This document shows, piece by piece, positions 1 to 9,269 of a stretch of 33,502 nt of DNA (position 1 is the stretch's first letter; each line of letters opens with the position of its first letter). The position numbers and the translations under genes were made by a program. The notes under the pieces are model-generated. The model saw nothing but the letters and a program-made list of their open reading frames with translations, ran no database searches and was not told where the DNA came from. The stretch is from IMG/VR virus record IMGVR_UViG_3300027987_000509, one strand, 5' to 3'. Origin of the DNA: a virus.

Positions 1-666
1 ATGTCATGGGAATACACACAAGCCGATCTCGATCTCTGTAGAGCGATCGTGTTCCAGCTGAAGGGTGGTGCTCCTGGTTCTGACGGACAGAACAGAGGTG
101 GGAAGATTGAGTTTCAATTCCCACCGAAAATCACATCGGACAGCAGGAAAGGTGACTGGGTCGAAGAAGAGAAGCCCGGTTCAGAGCCAACGTTCGAGTA
201 CAAGAAATCGGGAGCCCGCGAAATCAGCATGAATTGGACCTACGTGGTCGATTCTTTCCAACAAGGCGGTTGGACAATTGGGCGAATCACAAGCAATATC
301 CGAACCCTTCGTGGCTACTTTGCCCAATCAAGGAACCCTGGGTCTAATCACGAGAACTTGGTTATCAAGTTCAAAATGTGGTCTATCGGCGGCACAGGAG
401 GTGGCCAACCAGACATGACGTGTCTCATTAAGAGTGTCGATGTCAAGTATGGCGACACGATTGTTGCACCTCCACGAGGTGGCTTTTTTGGCGGAATTAC
501 CGCTGCGGCTGGCGGAGGCAGTATTAACACAGATCAAGCATTCTTCCTACGCAGCGACATCACGGTCGATCTTCGAATTTGGACACAGGGCGAGGGCGAA
601 GGAGGCGGCGACATTCTCGAGAAAGTCGATGCTCTCTACAAGCGGCTAGACCCAGCGTGGTATTAA
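1..666 (+). CDS. Putative tail tube initiator / baseplate-tube junction protein (gp48/gp54- or CIS-tube-like)
   Basis: 221-aa ORF. The pattern FQFPPKITSDSRKGDW...GSEP..EYKKSGAREISM...CLIKSVDVKY resembles tube-fold proteins. It sits directly upstream of a gp53-like gene. Confidence 0.55.
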   Translation: MSWEYTQADLDLCRAIVFQLKGGAPGSDGQNRGGKIEFQFPPKITSDSRKGDWVEEEKPGSEPTFEYKKSGAREISMNWTYVVDSFQQGGWTIGRITSNIRTLRGYFAQSRNPGSNHENLVIKFKMWSIGGTGGGQPDMTCLIKSVDVKYGDTIVAPPRGGFFGGITAAAGGGSINTDQAFFLRSDITVDLRIWTQGEGEGGGDILEKVDALYKRLDPAWY

Positions 667-667
667 A

Positions 668-985
668 ATGGCAGAACTAGGCGAATTTTCGAGATTCATC
701 AACACCGATGAAGTCGTCGTAGACGGTAAAGAAACCCTTGGCGTTTGGCAACCGCCGAACTTCATTAAAGCCAGGCCATCTGACGATCAGATCGGTATCT
801 TCAGAGTCACAAATGCCGTTGAAGGTAGGCCGGATCTCATCTCTCAACAGCTCTACGGCACACCCAAGCTCTTTTGGGTATTGATTGCGTTCAACAAGAT
901 TCGCAATCCTCTCAACTGGCCGAAAGCCGGTAGCACTATTGAATACCCATCGGAATCGGTTGTGTTCCCGCAGGTATCAGGCTGA
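668..985 (+). CDS. gp53: Baseplate wedge protein, T4 gp53-like (LysM-like)
   Basis: Motif RPDLISQQLYGTPKLFWVLIAFNKIRNPL is characteristic of gp53/LysM-type baseplate proteins; baseplate context. Confidence 0.8.
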   Translation: MAELGEFSRFINTDEVVVDGKETLGVWQPPNFIKARPSDDQIGIFRVTNAVEGRPDLISQQLYGTPKLFWVLIAFNKIRNPLNWPKAGSTIEYPSESVVFPQVSG

Positions 986-2281
986 GCCGCCGACTTTCTT
1001 TGCGAGCGAATCGAAATCGTATCTCGCCAAATAGAGGTCGGTCTTCCAACCACCACGCGTGATAACATGGTGGAAGCCGTAGACGAGCCAGTTGCCGTTG
1101 TAGAAATACAACTGGTTTCCTTCTTCATCTGGTTCTGTCAACCATTTCAAGTACACTGTGTCGACGCCAAGGCCGGTGCTTTCTGACCACTCTCCGTGGC
1201 CTCTGACCGTCAGTTTGAGTCTCATCACATTGTTGATGAGATTAAGCCAAATTCCTCTAGGTCGTCCGTCGATGTACTCGTCGTATGGTAGACCGATGTC
1301 ACCAGCAGAATAGATTTCAGGAAGTCCTGAAACAGTGCTCCAACCTATTTTCTGTGGACCGGCACCTACCGAATCGTCGGGTTTTGTGAACGATTCTTTC
1401 TTGGTCGTTTTTGCGACCTTCTTGGAGGTGGTCGTCATATCCTTGGCGAACACCTTTCGCTCTTTTTCGTCAGTGACGATATCGAGATATTGGCCCGCGA
1501 TCGCCGATAAGCCTTGTGTGACGAGCTTTGTCTCAATGATCGAAAGGGCGTTGTCTGCCAACATGTCCCACGATAGGACTGTGTCGCCTTTTCCTTTCCA
1601 GAATCGGTAGAATGCTCTTTGCTTGGAATTAAGCTCGGCCTGCTCTTTAATGATTAAGTCGTTGCCATCCATCCCAAGCAGCCAGTGGGTCTTGTTTCTT
1701 GTGACGGACGAGGACCAGTCGGTCAGGCTAGAGATAAAAGTCTTTGGGTCCTGCCTCATCATCCAGAAGCGATTCTCATCGTTGTCGATTGTATCGCTGA
1801 TTTCGAGATTTATGCCAGGTGCATATTCCTCGACGACCTGCCGGATGACACTGCTGACTTTCCCCTTGTAGGACTTGCCGGAGGCGTCTCCTGCGTTGAG
1901 GTACCATGAGGCAGGATCGATAGCCACAAATTCTAGATAAGCGTGTTCGGCTGGGCCGCCGTACGAATTTAAAGAAAGAACAATCGCACGTTGTTCCTTT
2001 GTGGCTGTCTGTGGAGGTTCTCCCTTGGCACTTGCTTTCAGCTGGAATTTGATCGGTAAGACTTGGCTTCTGGATTTCTCCAGATATCCGTTCTTGATCA
2101 GCAGGCTGAGCAGGTTGAGTTTGTTATCCCCAAGCTGGCCACGTACAATATATCCGCCGTTGACCATCGACTTGAACTCCAAACGGGAGAACAAGTAGCC
2201 GAAGTCCTTACCGGCTAAGTCGCCGATTAGGAACTCCAGCTTGATGATTGGTCTGGCTTGTGTTTGCGGTACGTTAGCCAT
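977..2281 (-). CDS. Putative baseplate hub protein (gp27/late-control-D-like)
   Basis: 434-aa ORF. SYKGKVSSVIRQVV after the first beta domain and C-terminal YNGNWLVYGFHHVITRGGWKTDLYLAR are typical of hub proteins. It lies between gp53-like and gp5-like genes. Confidence 0.65.
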   Translation of the reverse strand: MANVPQTQARPIIKLEFLIGDLAGKDFGYLFSRLEFKSMVNGGYIVRGQLGDNKLNLLSLLIKNGYLEKSRSQVLPIKFQLKASAKGEPPQTATKEQRAIVLSLNSYGGPAEHAYLEFVAIDPASWYLNAGDASGKSYKGKVSSVIRQVVEEYAPGINLEISDTIDNDENRFWMMRQDPKTFISSLTDWSSSVTRNKTHWLLGMDGNDLIIKEQAELNSKQRAFYRFWKGKGDTVLSWDMLADNALSIIETKLVTQGLSAIAGQYLDIVTDEKERKVFAKDMTTTSKKVAKTTKKESFTKPDDSVGAGPQKIGWSTVSGLPEIYSAGDIGLPYDEYIDGRPRGIWLNLINNVMRLKLTVRGHGEWSESTGLGVDTVYLKWLTEPDEEGNQLYFYNGNWLVYGFHHVITRGGWKTDLYLARYDFDSLAKKVGGSA

Positions 2282-2561
2282 GAAATTACTCTGGATTCAC
2301 TACAAAGGCCAAAAGCGTACGAGATACATACTCTTCCTCAGTCTTGGGTCCCGAGACGGGAAGCTCGTCGGTTTGGACGCTGAGCTGGTGGATGACGCTT
2401 CTCGTGCGAAAATGTTGTCTGACAAAGCATTCCGGAATTTATCTTTGTATGCCAAACTCAACTGGCTGAGGAGATACTGTCCGGGAACGATGAAGGCAGC
2501 CTACCGTGAATTGCGTCAAAACGGCATCATATCCTCGAAAGAATACGCAATGAAATCCTAA
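2280..2561 (+). CDS. Small basic hypothetical protein (weak resemblance to the T4 gp2 DNA end-protector core)
   Basis: Fills the gap between hub and spike genes. The ATG at 2280 gives MKLLWIHY... and avoids a deep overlap with the hub gene. The gp2 resemblance (LVGLD...AAYRELR) is weak. Confidence 0.5.
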   Translation: MKLLWIHYKGQKRTRYILFLSLGSRDGKLVGLDAELVDDASRAKMLSDKAFRNLSLYAKLNWLRRYCPGTMKAAYRELRQNGIISSKEYAMKS

Positions 2562-2583
2562 GTAGATAGGCTCGAGGAAACCG

Positions 2584-4752
2584 ATGTCAGACAATCTTGG
2601 AATAATCTGGGAAAAGTTCTTCTCCCACCGCACCAAACCGTTGTGGGACAGATTTCCTGGTCATTATCGTGCTTTGGTGGTCGAAACGAACGACCCGTTG
2701 GACATGTATCGGGTGCGATTCAAGTGCCCTGACATGCACGACTTCGATCTTGAAGTAGACGAATGCCCTTGGGCTGTACCGGCATTCGACCTAGGCGGCA
2801 AACGAGCTGGCCGATTCTCGCATCCTGTCATAGGCGACTGGATCTGGATCACTTTTGAACGCAATCACCCCTACGGCCCTATCTGGACCGGATTTGCCGA
2901 TCCAACTCGCCGTAAGTTCTATTCTTATCCGCAGGTGTTCACACCGACACCACTCAGCGTCAATGAAGAAGGCAAACCAGCAGACCAGCCAAGCGATTTC
3001 GATGAAGACTATCTGCCGAAAGACGGCCGCCCAATGGCACATGGCTGGGCAGATCGCTACGGAAATCTTGATATTCACTCCTCTGTTGGATTCTTTCCAA
3101 CAGAGCATGAAGACCCGCCACCGCCTCCCGATCATGACGCCGTACAAGGCTCCGACTTCAAACAGAAGTCGCGATCACCGGAGGTAAACGACCCTGATAA
3201 GAAGTATATGGCCCGTGTCACGAAATACGGCAATATCTTCTTGATGGGCGACCAGGGCTATCATTGGAAGAAAGAAGACGATGGCGAACTGGGCGAATTC
3301 AAAGGCGATTTCAAGGAAGATGAACAATTCGAGACCAAACGCTGGTTATTTCTCCAGAAGCTGCTGAATGATGGCGTACCGAAAGCGTCTCAGAAAGATG
3401 GCGATCAACGTAAAATGATCTGCCTGACGCGATATGGTAGCCGAATCGAAATCCGCGATACCGGCTGGGCTCAGATGGGGCCAATTGAATCCAAATCACG
3501 ACAAGGTGAATTTGGCCCATCTAGGATCTTGTCCAAAGAATCGAAGAGCGATTATCGCTGGATTAAAATCCGTACCAAGGGTGGTATGCTATTTCAAGCG
3601 TACGACAAGGGGTTCCACCCACAAGAAGACATGTTTATTAAACGGCATCTCCTTGAGGAATCCGGTTCCAAGAGCGAGATGGAAGACAAATACTGGGGAG
3701 ATCGTGACGCTAGATGGATTAGGATCGTCACACGGTATGGAATCAAGTCTGCCTGGGATGACAGGGGAAGCCACGACAAGCGTGCCCGTAAGCTCGAGGT
3801 CCCACGCGGCGTCGGATATTTGGTGAAGGGTAGAAGATCACCGGCGGCAAAGAAAAGGCCCGCGATGGGCAAGCCGCGTGGCTTCCAGTGGGAATTCAAC
3901 GAACGGGATGATGCGAATCATTCGATGTGGTGTTCTCCATTGGGGCAAGCTATTGAACTCAACGACCGCTATCAGTACATGATGCTGACTGCGGCACTTG
4001 GTGATTCTTGGGTGCCAAAATGGCGACATATCAAAGAAAACGAATTCATCGCCAAGCCGACGATGCTCAAGAACCCGGAAAAGAAGACACACCATCTGAA
4101 ACTCGACCACGATAACGAGTATATCCGATTTAAGACTCGTGGCGGTAAAGGCGTTAAGCCGAAGATGCCAGCAAATCCAAGCGGTGTTGGCGGCAGTGAG
4201 ATCAATCAGGGATGGGAAGCTCACGACGGCCAGAAGGGTGATGGTCCATGGGTCGAGATGGTCGATTGCCAACGTCGCGGAATGTGGTTCAGCAAAAAGG
4301 AGCAGCTCGGTATCTGGAGGGCCAAGAAGGGTCGCCAGATGTACCAATGGTTCGATGATCGGCAAAGGAAGATTGTCATCTTCAATAATGAGGCTGCTGG
4401 TACCATCGAGATTTATGCCAATCGGCAAGTGAATGTGATCACGAACAACGACATCAATTTGCGTGCGGATAGGCACATCTTCATCAGAGCTGGCCAATCG
4501 ATTCGGATGCAGGCCGGTGGTACGAGATTCACTCTGTTCGGTGGAAATATCGCGACCAATGGAAAATACTACGGTCCCGAGGTCAATGCATTTGTCTGCG
4601 GCGTCTTCCCCGGTCCTGGTGCTGGTTGCAGGAATTCTGGTGGTGCTGTGGTGGATAGGATTACACGGCCGACAGTCCCACGACCACGAGAACCGAAGGA
4701 TAGAGCGAAAACATACAATAAACCCTACGAGAAGGCTGAAGAGATCAAGTGA
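2584..4752 (+). CDS. Baseplate central spike protein, gp5/VgrG-like (N-terminal OB fold plus beta-repeats)
   Basis: N-terminal YRALVVETNDPLDMYRVRFKCP...WAVP...PVIGDWIWITFERNHPYGPIWTG matches the gp5 OB-fold. Recurrent T(R/K)xG...D beta units and a C-terminal beta-helix-like run (NDINLRADRHIFIRAGQSIRMQAG). SD GAGG upstream. Confidence 0.8.
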   Translation: MSDNLGIIWEKFFSHRTKPLWDRFPGHYRALVVETNDPLDMYRVRFKCPDMHDFDLEVDECPWAVPAFDLGGKRAGRFSHPVIGDWIWITFERNHPYGPIWTGFADPTRRKFYSYPQVFTPTPLSVNEEGKPADQPSDFDEDYLPKDGRPMAHGWADRYGNLDIHSSVGFFPTEHEDPPPPPDHDAVQGSDFKQKSRSPEVNDPDKKYMARVTKYGNIFLMGDQGYHWKKEDDGELGEFKGDFKEDEQFETKRWLFLQKLLNDGVPKASQKDGDQRKMICLTRYGSRIEIRDTGWAQMGPIESKSRQGEFGPSRILSKESKSDYRWIKIRTKGGMLFQAYDKGFHPQEDMFIKRHLLEESGSKSEMEDKYWGDRDARWIRIVTRYGIKSAWDDRGSHDKRARKLEVPRGVGYLVKGRRSPAAKKRPAMGKPRGFQWEFNERDDANHSMWCSPLGQAIELNDRYQYMMLTAALGDSWVPKWRHIKENEFIAKPTMLKNPEKKTHHLKLDHDNEYIRFKTRGGKGVKPKMPANPSGVGGSEINQGWEAHDGQKGDGPWVEMVDCQRRGMWFSKKEQLGIWRAKKGRQMYQWFDDRQRKIVIFNNEAAGTIEIYANRQVNVITNNDINLRADRHIFIRAGQSIRMQAGGTRFTLFGGNIATNGKYYGPEVNAFVCGVFPGPGAGCRNSGGAVVDRITRPTVPRPREPKDRAKTYNKPYEKAEEIK

Positions 4753-5477
4753 TAATTAAGTTCCCCACAGGGCTCTATGATCTGCCGGTGGCACCTTCTG
4801 ACAACAGAAGTGTGACCTTTACGATCAGTAATGAAGAGCCACCGAGGACGAACCTGATCTTCCCCAAGATCCCTCCTGGGATTGTGGATAGGAAGAGAAC
4901 GCCGAAGACTATCACTCTCGTAGAACGTCGTGGCAGTGTCGGCGACCTGATCTTTTCTGTGTCGCGAGCGGCACGCATCAAAGAGGGAAACAACGCTCAA
5001 CAATTCGAGACCGGACAAATCTTGTCCTTTGGTGATGTGCCGCTTCTGTCGTTGGACCCAATGCTCGTCAGCGAGAAAACAGAGACTCAGCACGATCTGA
5101 ACAGATTCGATTATTCGAGTCTTGGTGTGACGGCAGAAGAGCAACAATTGATCGCAAATTCCTCCATCAGTACGCATAATGCGTTAGTCGATCGATTGAA
5201 TGATTTGAAGCGTCAACGAGCCGATGCCGAAATCATCGTAAACTCACAACAGAAAATCATCAACGAAGCAACCAGGAACATCGAGGCTCTAGAGATCATT
5301 GCCGACAGTTCAGCAGAAACCAGTGATGATGTCTTGAGTCTGATCGGCAAGCTCAAATTGAAGCGGCAAGAGGCATTTACGGCAAGGAATGCTGCATCTG
5401 CACTTGCCAATATGGTTGCGATAGAAGCCGATGAAGTGGTTTCGGAACTTCGAACTGTTGCGACGGTGCTGAAATGA
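4749..5477 (+). CDS. Hypothetical protein with C-terminal coiled coil (baseplate cluster)
   Basis: 242-aa ORF with 4-nt overlaps at both ends (GTGA, ATGA); heptad-rich C-terminal half. Confidence 0.7.
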   Translation: MIIKFPTGLYDLPVAPSDNRSVTFTISNEEPPRTNLIFPKIPPGIVDRKRTPKTITLVERRGSVGDLIFSVSRAARIKEGNNAQQFETGQILSFGDVPLLSLDPMLVSEKTETQHDLNRFDYSSLGVTAEEQQLIANSSISTHNALVDRLNDLKRQRADAEIIVNSQQKIINEATRNIEALEIIADSSAETSDDVLSLIGKLKLKRQEAFTARNAASALANMVAIEADEVVSELRTVATVLK

Positions 5478-5878
5478 CAGCAATTTTTTACGGATATAAT
5501 CCTCCTTTCATTGGCGGAGTGCAGAACGTGCTCTCACGACAGGAGGATCTACGTCTTATCAAGAATGACATGTTGCAACTATTGTTGACCATTCCTGGTG
5601 AGCGTACGATGCGTCCGGATTTTGGGGTGAATCTGCGAAACTTTGTCTTCGAGCCGTTGACTGAATCTGATTATTCGATTCTTGAGTCGGATATCAGAGC
5701 ATCGCTTGATCGGCAAGAAAGACGAGTGATTGTGGATAATGTCGTCATCACACCATTCGAAGATGAAAACCGCGTCAGAATCGACATCCTGGCAAGACTG
5801 AAATCAGACCCGAAGCAGGAAGTTACGGTCCAGCTCTTCTTGCGTAATGACGGTAGCATCCCGCAGGGAGCCCTCTAA
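5474..5878 (+). CDS. gp25: Baseplate wedge subunit gp25 (GPW/gp25 family)
   Basis: Signature LLLTIPGERTMRPDFGVNLRNFVFEP...ERRV. Confidence 0.92.
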   Translation: MTAIFYGYNPPFIGGVQNVLSRQEDLRLIKNDMLQLLLTIPGERTMRPDFGVNLRNFVFEPLTESDYSILESDIRASLDRQERRVIVDNVVITPFEDENRVRIDILARLKSDPKQEVTVQLFLRNDGSIPQGAL

Positions 5879-7473
5879 TGGCGACAGACGTCCGAGAAAC
5901 ACTTTTTGATCTTCCTAATAGCCCAGACGAATTCGGCGTAATCTTGCCGCCGAGTAATTTGCGGCGTCTGGACTTTAGTGGTCTCGACTACACCACGGCT
6001 CGTAAAGCGATCATCGAGTATATTCGCACCTACTTCCCAGACGACTTCAACGACTTTGTGGCCAGCAACGGCATTATGATGATCATGGAGATCATCGCTG
6101 CGACAACAGCGAAACTTTCTCTTCGTTCTGACATTCTGGCCAATGAAGCGTTCCTTCCGACCGCACAGACAGAGCAGGCCGTTGTTAACCATCTCGCTCT
6201 GATCAATCAGCGGATTTTGAGGCAAACGCCTGCTGTTGTTGATATCGAAATTACCGTCGAACAGCCGGTCTTCACTGACATCGAAGTCGATCCCGGTTTG
6301 TCGTTTACAACGACTGGCGGCCCGGATGGTAAGTCTGTTATCTATGAAGTTTTCAGAGCACCTGGAGACTGGACAAGCAAGATCATCATCCCGGCCGGGA
6401 AACGTGGTGTGATCGCCTGGGGAGTTGAGGGTCAATTCTCGGCTCCATTTGTTGTCATCAGTGCTGGTGGTCCAAACCAGACCTACACCATCAGCGAAGT
6501 CAACATGCTCGAAGATCCGATCTTCGTAACGGTTACAGTCGGCAACGATGTTGAAGAATGGGACGTCATTACGGAACCAATCGAGAGGTTCGGGCCAAAC
6601 GACAAGGTGGTTGAAGTCAACTTTTTCGAGAACAATGCGATCTTCAGATTCGGCGATGATGTAACCGGTCAAGCTCCGTTGTCTGGCTCCTCGATCAAGT
6701 TCACTTTCAGGACCGGCGGTGGAATTCGTGGTAGGATTGGTGTGGCCCAAATCGATTCGACTCGGCCAATTACTCCTCTACCACCGGCCAACGCGTCAAC
6801 GACTGTTCGATTCAGGAATATCTCTCCTTCGGCTGGTGGAACAGACAAAGAATCAATCGAGCGTGCAAAAAAGAGGGCTCCGAGAGATTTTGCCGTGCAA
6901 CGGAGTATTGTCACAGCTGACGATTACGCCCAGACTGCGTCATCGTTTGCACACCCTGTATTCGGCTCGATCAGCAAGTCGTTGGCAACGATCCGTACTG
7001 GTTTGAATGCCAATCTTGTCGAGGTGTATGCGTTGGCGGAAGGACCTGACGGGCTTCCGGTTACGCCAAATGCTGGTCTGAAAGCTGGTCTCGTCACATT
7101 CTTTAAAGACCTGAATGTCTTGACAGACCATGTGGAAGTATTGGACGGGGCCATCAGAGCCGTAGATATCGATATGACTGTTGTCGTCAACAGGAATGCT
7201 GACGCTTCGGTCGTGAAGGAACGGGTTGAAAACGCCCTGACCGATTATTTCGATATCGCTCGTTGGGAGATGGGACAAGAGTTTTACATTTCAAATCTCA
7301 TCGAGACGATTGAAGCCATTGATGGTATTGCCTACGTCAATCTCTTTGAGCCATCCAACAACATCCTTCGAACCGGCAGTCTTGCCGATCCAACGAGTGA
7401 CGGGATTGGCTTGAACGAGGTGATCGTCGAAGGGGAAAGAAAGACATCGTACTTCTACGAGAAGATCCAATGA
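5878..7473 (+). CDS. gp6: Baseplate wedge subunit gp6 / baseplate J-like
   Basis: LDFSGLDY...FNDFVASN, ANEAFLPTA, FRFGDDVTG, GGTDKESIERAKKRAP...QRSIVTADDY motifs of T4 gp6-like proteins; follows gp25. Confidence 0.9.
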   Translation: MATDVRETLFDLPNSPDEFGVILPPSNLRRLDFSGLDYTTARKAIIEYIRTYFPDDFNDFVASNGIMMIMEIIAATTAKLSLRSDILANEAFLPTAQTEQAVVNHLALINQRILRQTPAVVDIEITVEQPVFTDIEVDPGLSFTTTGGPDGKSVIYEVFRAPGDWTSKIIIPAGKRGVIAWGVEGQFSAPFVVISAGGPNQTYTISEVNMLEDPIFVTVTVGNDVEEWDVITEPIERFGPNDKVVEVNFFENNAIFRFGDDVTGQAPLSGSSIKFTFRTGGGIRGRIGVAQIDSTRPITPLPPANASTTVRFRNISPSAGGTDKESIERAKKRAPRDFAVQRSIVTADDYAQTASSFAHPVFGSISKSLATIRTGLNANLVEVYALAEGPDGLPVTPNAGLKAGLVTFFKDLNVLTDHVEVLDGAIRAVDIDMTVVVNRNADASVVKERVENALTDYFDIARWEMGQEFYISNLIETIEAIDGIAYVNLFEPSNNILRTGSLADPTSDGIGLNEVIVEGERKTSYFYEKIQ

Positions 7474-7883
7474 CCGACTGGGTCGACAAGTGCTGGGGAA
7501 AGACGCGAGAATTAGTCGATTCTCCGTTTTATTCCAAGCACGAACTCGAACTAATTGCTGGCGGTTATTGCTCGATTCATTACCATCGAGAACGTGCAAA
7601 CCGGTTTATCATCCAATCGGGCACGGTGGAGATCGTAGAGTTTTTCGGGCCTCGATTCAACCGGCATCTCCTAGGCCCTGACAATACATATGATGTCGCG
7701 TCGCTTGTGCCGCACATGTTTATCGTCCACAAGAACGGGATGATGTTAGAGGAGTACTTCCCGGATCGCGGAGGTGTCGTCGACAGAGGCGACATCATTC
7801 GCCTGATTGAGGGCGGAAAGGTTGAGGACCTGGCAGAGCTGCAAGGTTTGCCTAGGAAGCTTTTGGCTCAGATCGATGTTTAA
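7470..7883 (+). CDS. Cupin-domain protein (sugar isomerase/PMI type II C-terminal-like)
   Basis: VDKCWG...CSIHYHRERANRF...VPHMF...LEE matches the two-motif cupin pattern (HxH...H); ATGA overlap with gp6. Confidence 0.75.
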   Translation: MTDWVDKCWGKTRELVDSPFYSKHELELIAGGYCSIHYHRERANRFIIQSGTVEIVEFFGPRFNRHLLGPDNTYDVASLVPHMFIVHKNGMMLEEYFPDRGGVVDRGDIIRLIEGGKVEDLAELQGLPRKLLAQIDV

Positions 7884-8241
7884 AGAACAAGTCATCACAA
7901 TTTGGATGATCGTGTACGACGGCGAAGCCAGTCAGGTTTACACGACTACCAATTTTGACAAGATGCTTGCTTCCATCGAAAGCTCGATTCGTGGCTATTT
8001 TGGTGAAGATTCGCCAGCCGCTGAGCATGTCTATAAGCAGATCATCACAAAGGTTAGAGGGGCCGAAGAACAACCAGCTATACCGATGCGGTTTGGCCCT
8101 CTTCAAATCGTCGTCTACCGCTGGGAAATCGATGACTCGAACAAGGTCCATGAGATCCTTGGCCGCTGCTATGACGTTATCGATGATCCGTTGCTGCGAG
8201 AAGAGATCGAATCTCTTTTCTCAGCGAGCGTGTTTACCTAG
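7876..8241 (+). CDS. Hypothetical protein
   Basis: ATG at 7876 (MFKEQV...) overlaps the cupin stop; clean 121-aa ORF. Confidence 0.65.
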   Translation: MFKEQVITIWMIVYDGEASQVYTTTNFDKMLASIESSIRGYFGEDSPAAEHVYKQIITKVRGAEEQPAIPMRFGPLQIVVYRWEIDDSNKVHEILGRCYDVIDDPLLREEIESLFSASVFT

Positions 8242-8581
8242 GGTTGGTGTCGAGAGATTCTGAGAGCTGGGTTTTGAAACCTCTCAGAACATCAGCTGCT
8301 AGTGACATCGATTCCAGGATGTCACCTCTGAAGAATACCATCGGACGGCTGAATTGCTCCGCTTCGTCTGGGTTTGCTTCTTTTGGTGTTGGATATATCG
8401 CGATTGCCATCGCGACCTGCACACCATGCTTTTCGCATTGCTCGCCGAATCCATCCATCAGCTCGTGGAATCGCTGTTCAAAGATGTCTTGTCCGTCGAC
8501 CTCGACATGTTGATCGAGGTTATCTTCAGCCTGCTCAGATGCGTCGTCGTTGTTGTTTTGGAGTTCAGTCTTGTCAGTCAT
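8234..8581 (-). CDS. Acidic hypothetical protein
   Basis: 115-aa ORF with SD GAGGAG upstream on the minus strand; fills the gap between plus-strand genes. Confidence 0.75.
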   Translation of the reverse strand: MTDKTELQNNNDDASEQAEDNLDQHVEVDGQDIFEQRFHELMDGFGEQCEKHGVQVAMAIAIYPTPKEANPDEAEQFSRPMVFFRGDILESMSLAADVLRGFKTQLSESLDTNPR

Positions 8582-8606
8582 TGCATCTCCTCGTATTGGC
8601 TCTCAC

Positions 8607-9269
8607 ATGAAAGCATGTCATGTGTCTGCTGATCAGATCTGGAAGGTGTGGAACTGGTGCTCTGACTCCTATTTACGGCACGGCATCCGGCTCTCTTTCC
8701 CTAAAAACACTCAGCCAGAGAAGACCTACCAATGGCGTTACTGCCGCTCACTCGCTGAAAAGTTCGACGAGTGGGATTTCGATGACGAAACTTCGGTTCG
8801 TTTTATTGATACGGCGGTGAAGCACGCCAAGAAGATAGGCGTGCTTCGGAAGGGCTTGGCAGTCTTACATCAGGGCAATATGCTCGATGTGGTCTACAGT
8901 CTGTTGCAGGAAGAAGCTACACTATATTCGCAATCTATTGATTCAATCCAAGCAACGAAAAGGTGGATGGATCAGCAGATTGGGAGCAACCCACCTCTCG
9001 AAGTTCTGCTTCACAGGGAACGTGACGGGGCCTTTTGCAACGTTACAATCTGGTACCAGGCTAACAAACTGTCGGCCTTGTACATCGCGTTGTCGAAATC
9101 CTGCTGCAAAGCCCTCGCCAAACTGAAGAAGCTTGAGTTAGATGAACGTGAGATGCTGCCAAAAGTGACGGATCTTTACCGGCTGAGGTATGACTTCCTT
9201 CGTGATGTCAACAACCTCAAACAAGCAAGAAGCACCCTTGGCGATGATTGGAGAGAATTGTGTCATTGA
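8607..9269 (+). CDS. Putative helicase loader, T4 gp59-like
   Basis: About 220 aa and all-helical. EKTYQWRYCRSLAEKF and TIWYQANKLSALYIAL resemble the gp59 segments YQKRRDKYFFQKLSEKY and FKLLQSNIISFETFILL. Start chosen at ATG 8607. Confidence 0.5.
   Translation: MKACHVSADQIWKVWNWCSDSYLRHGIRLSFPKNTQPEKTYQWRYCRSLAEKFDEWDFDDETSVRFIDTAVKHAKKIGVLRKGLAVLHQGNMLDVVYSLLQEEATLYSQSIDSIQATKRWMDQQIGSNPPLEVLLHRERDGAFCNVTIWYQANKLSALYIALSKSCCKALAKLKKLELDEREMLPKVTDLYRLRYDFLRDVNNLKQARSTLGDDWRELCH

Noticed and set aside
1-7473. Extracellular contractile injection system or T6SS interpretation of the baseplate genes
   Set aside because: The same window carries terminase, portal, protease, capsid and replication genes, so it is a phage.
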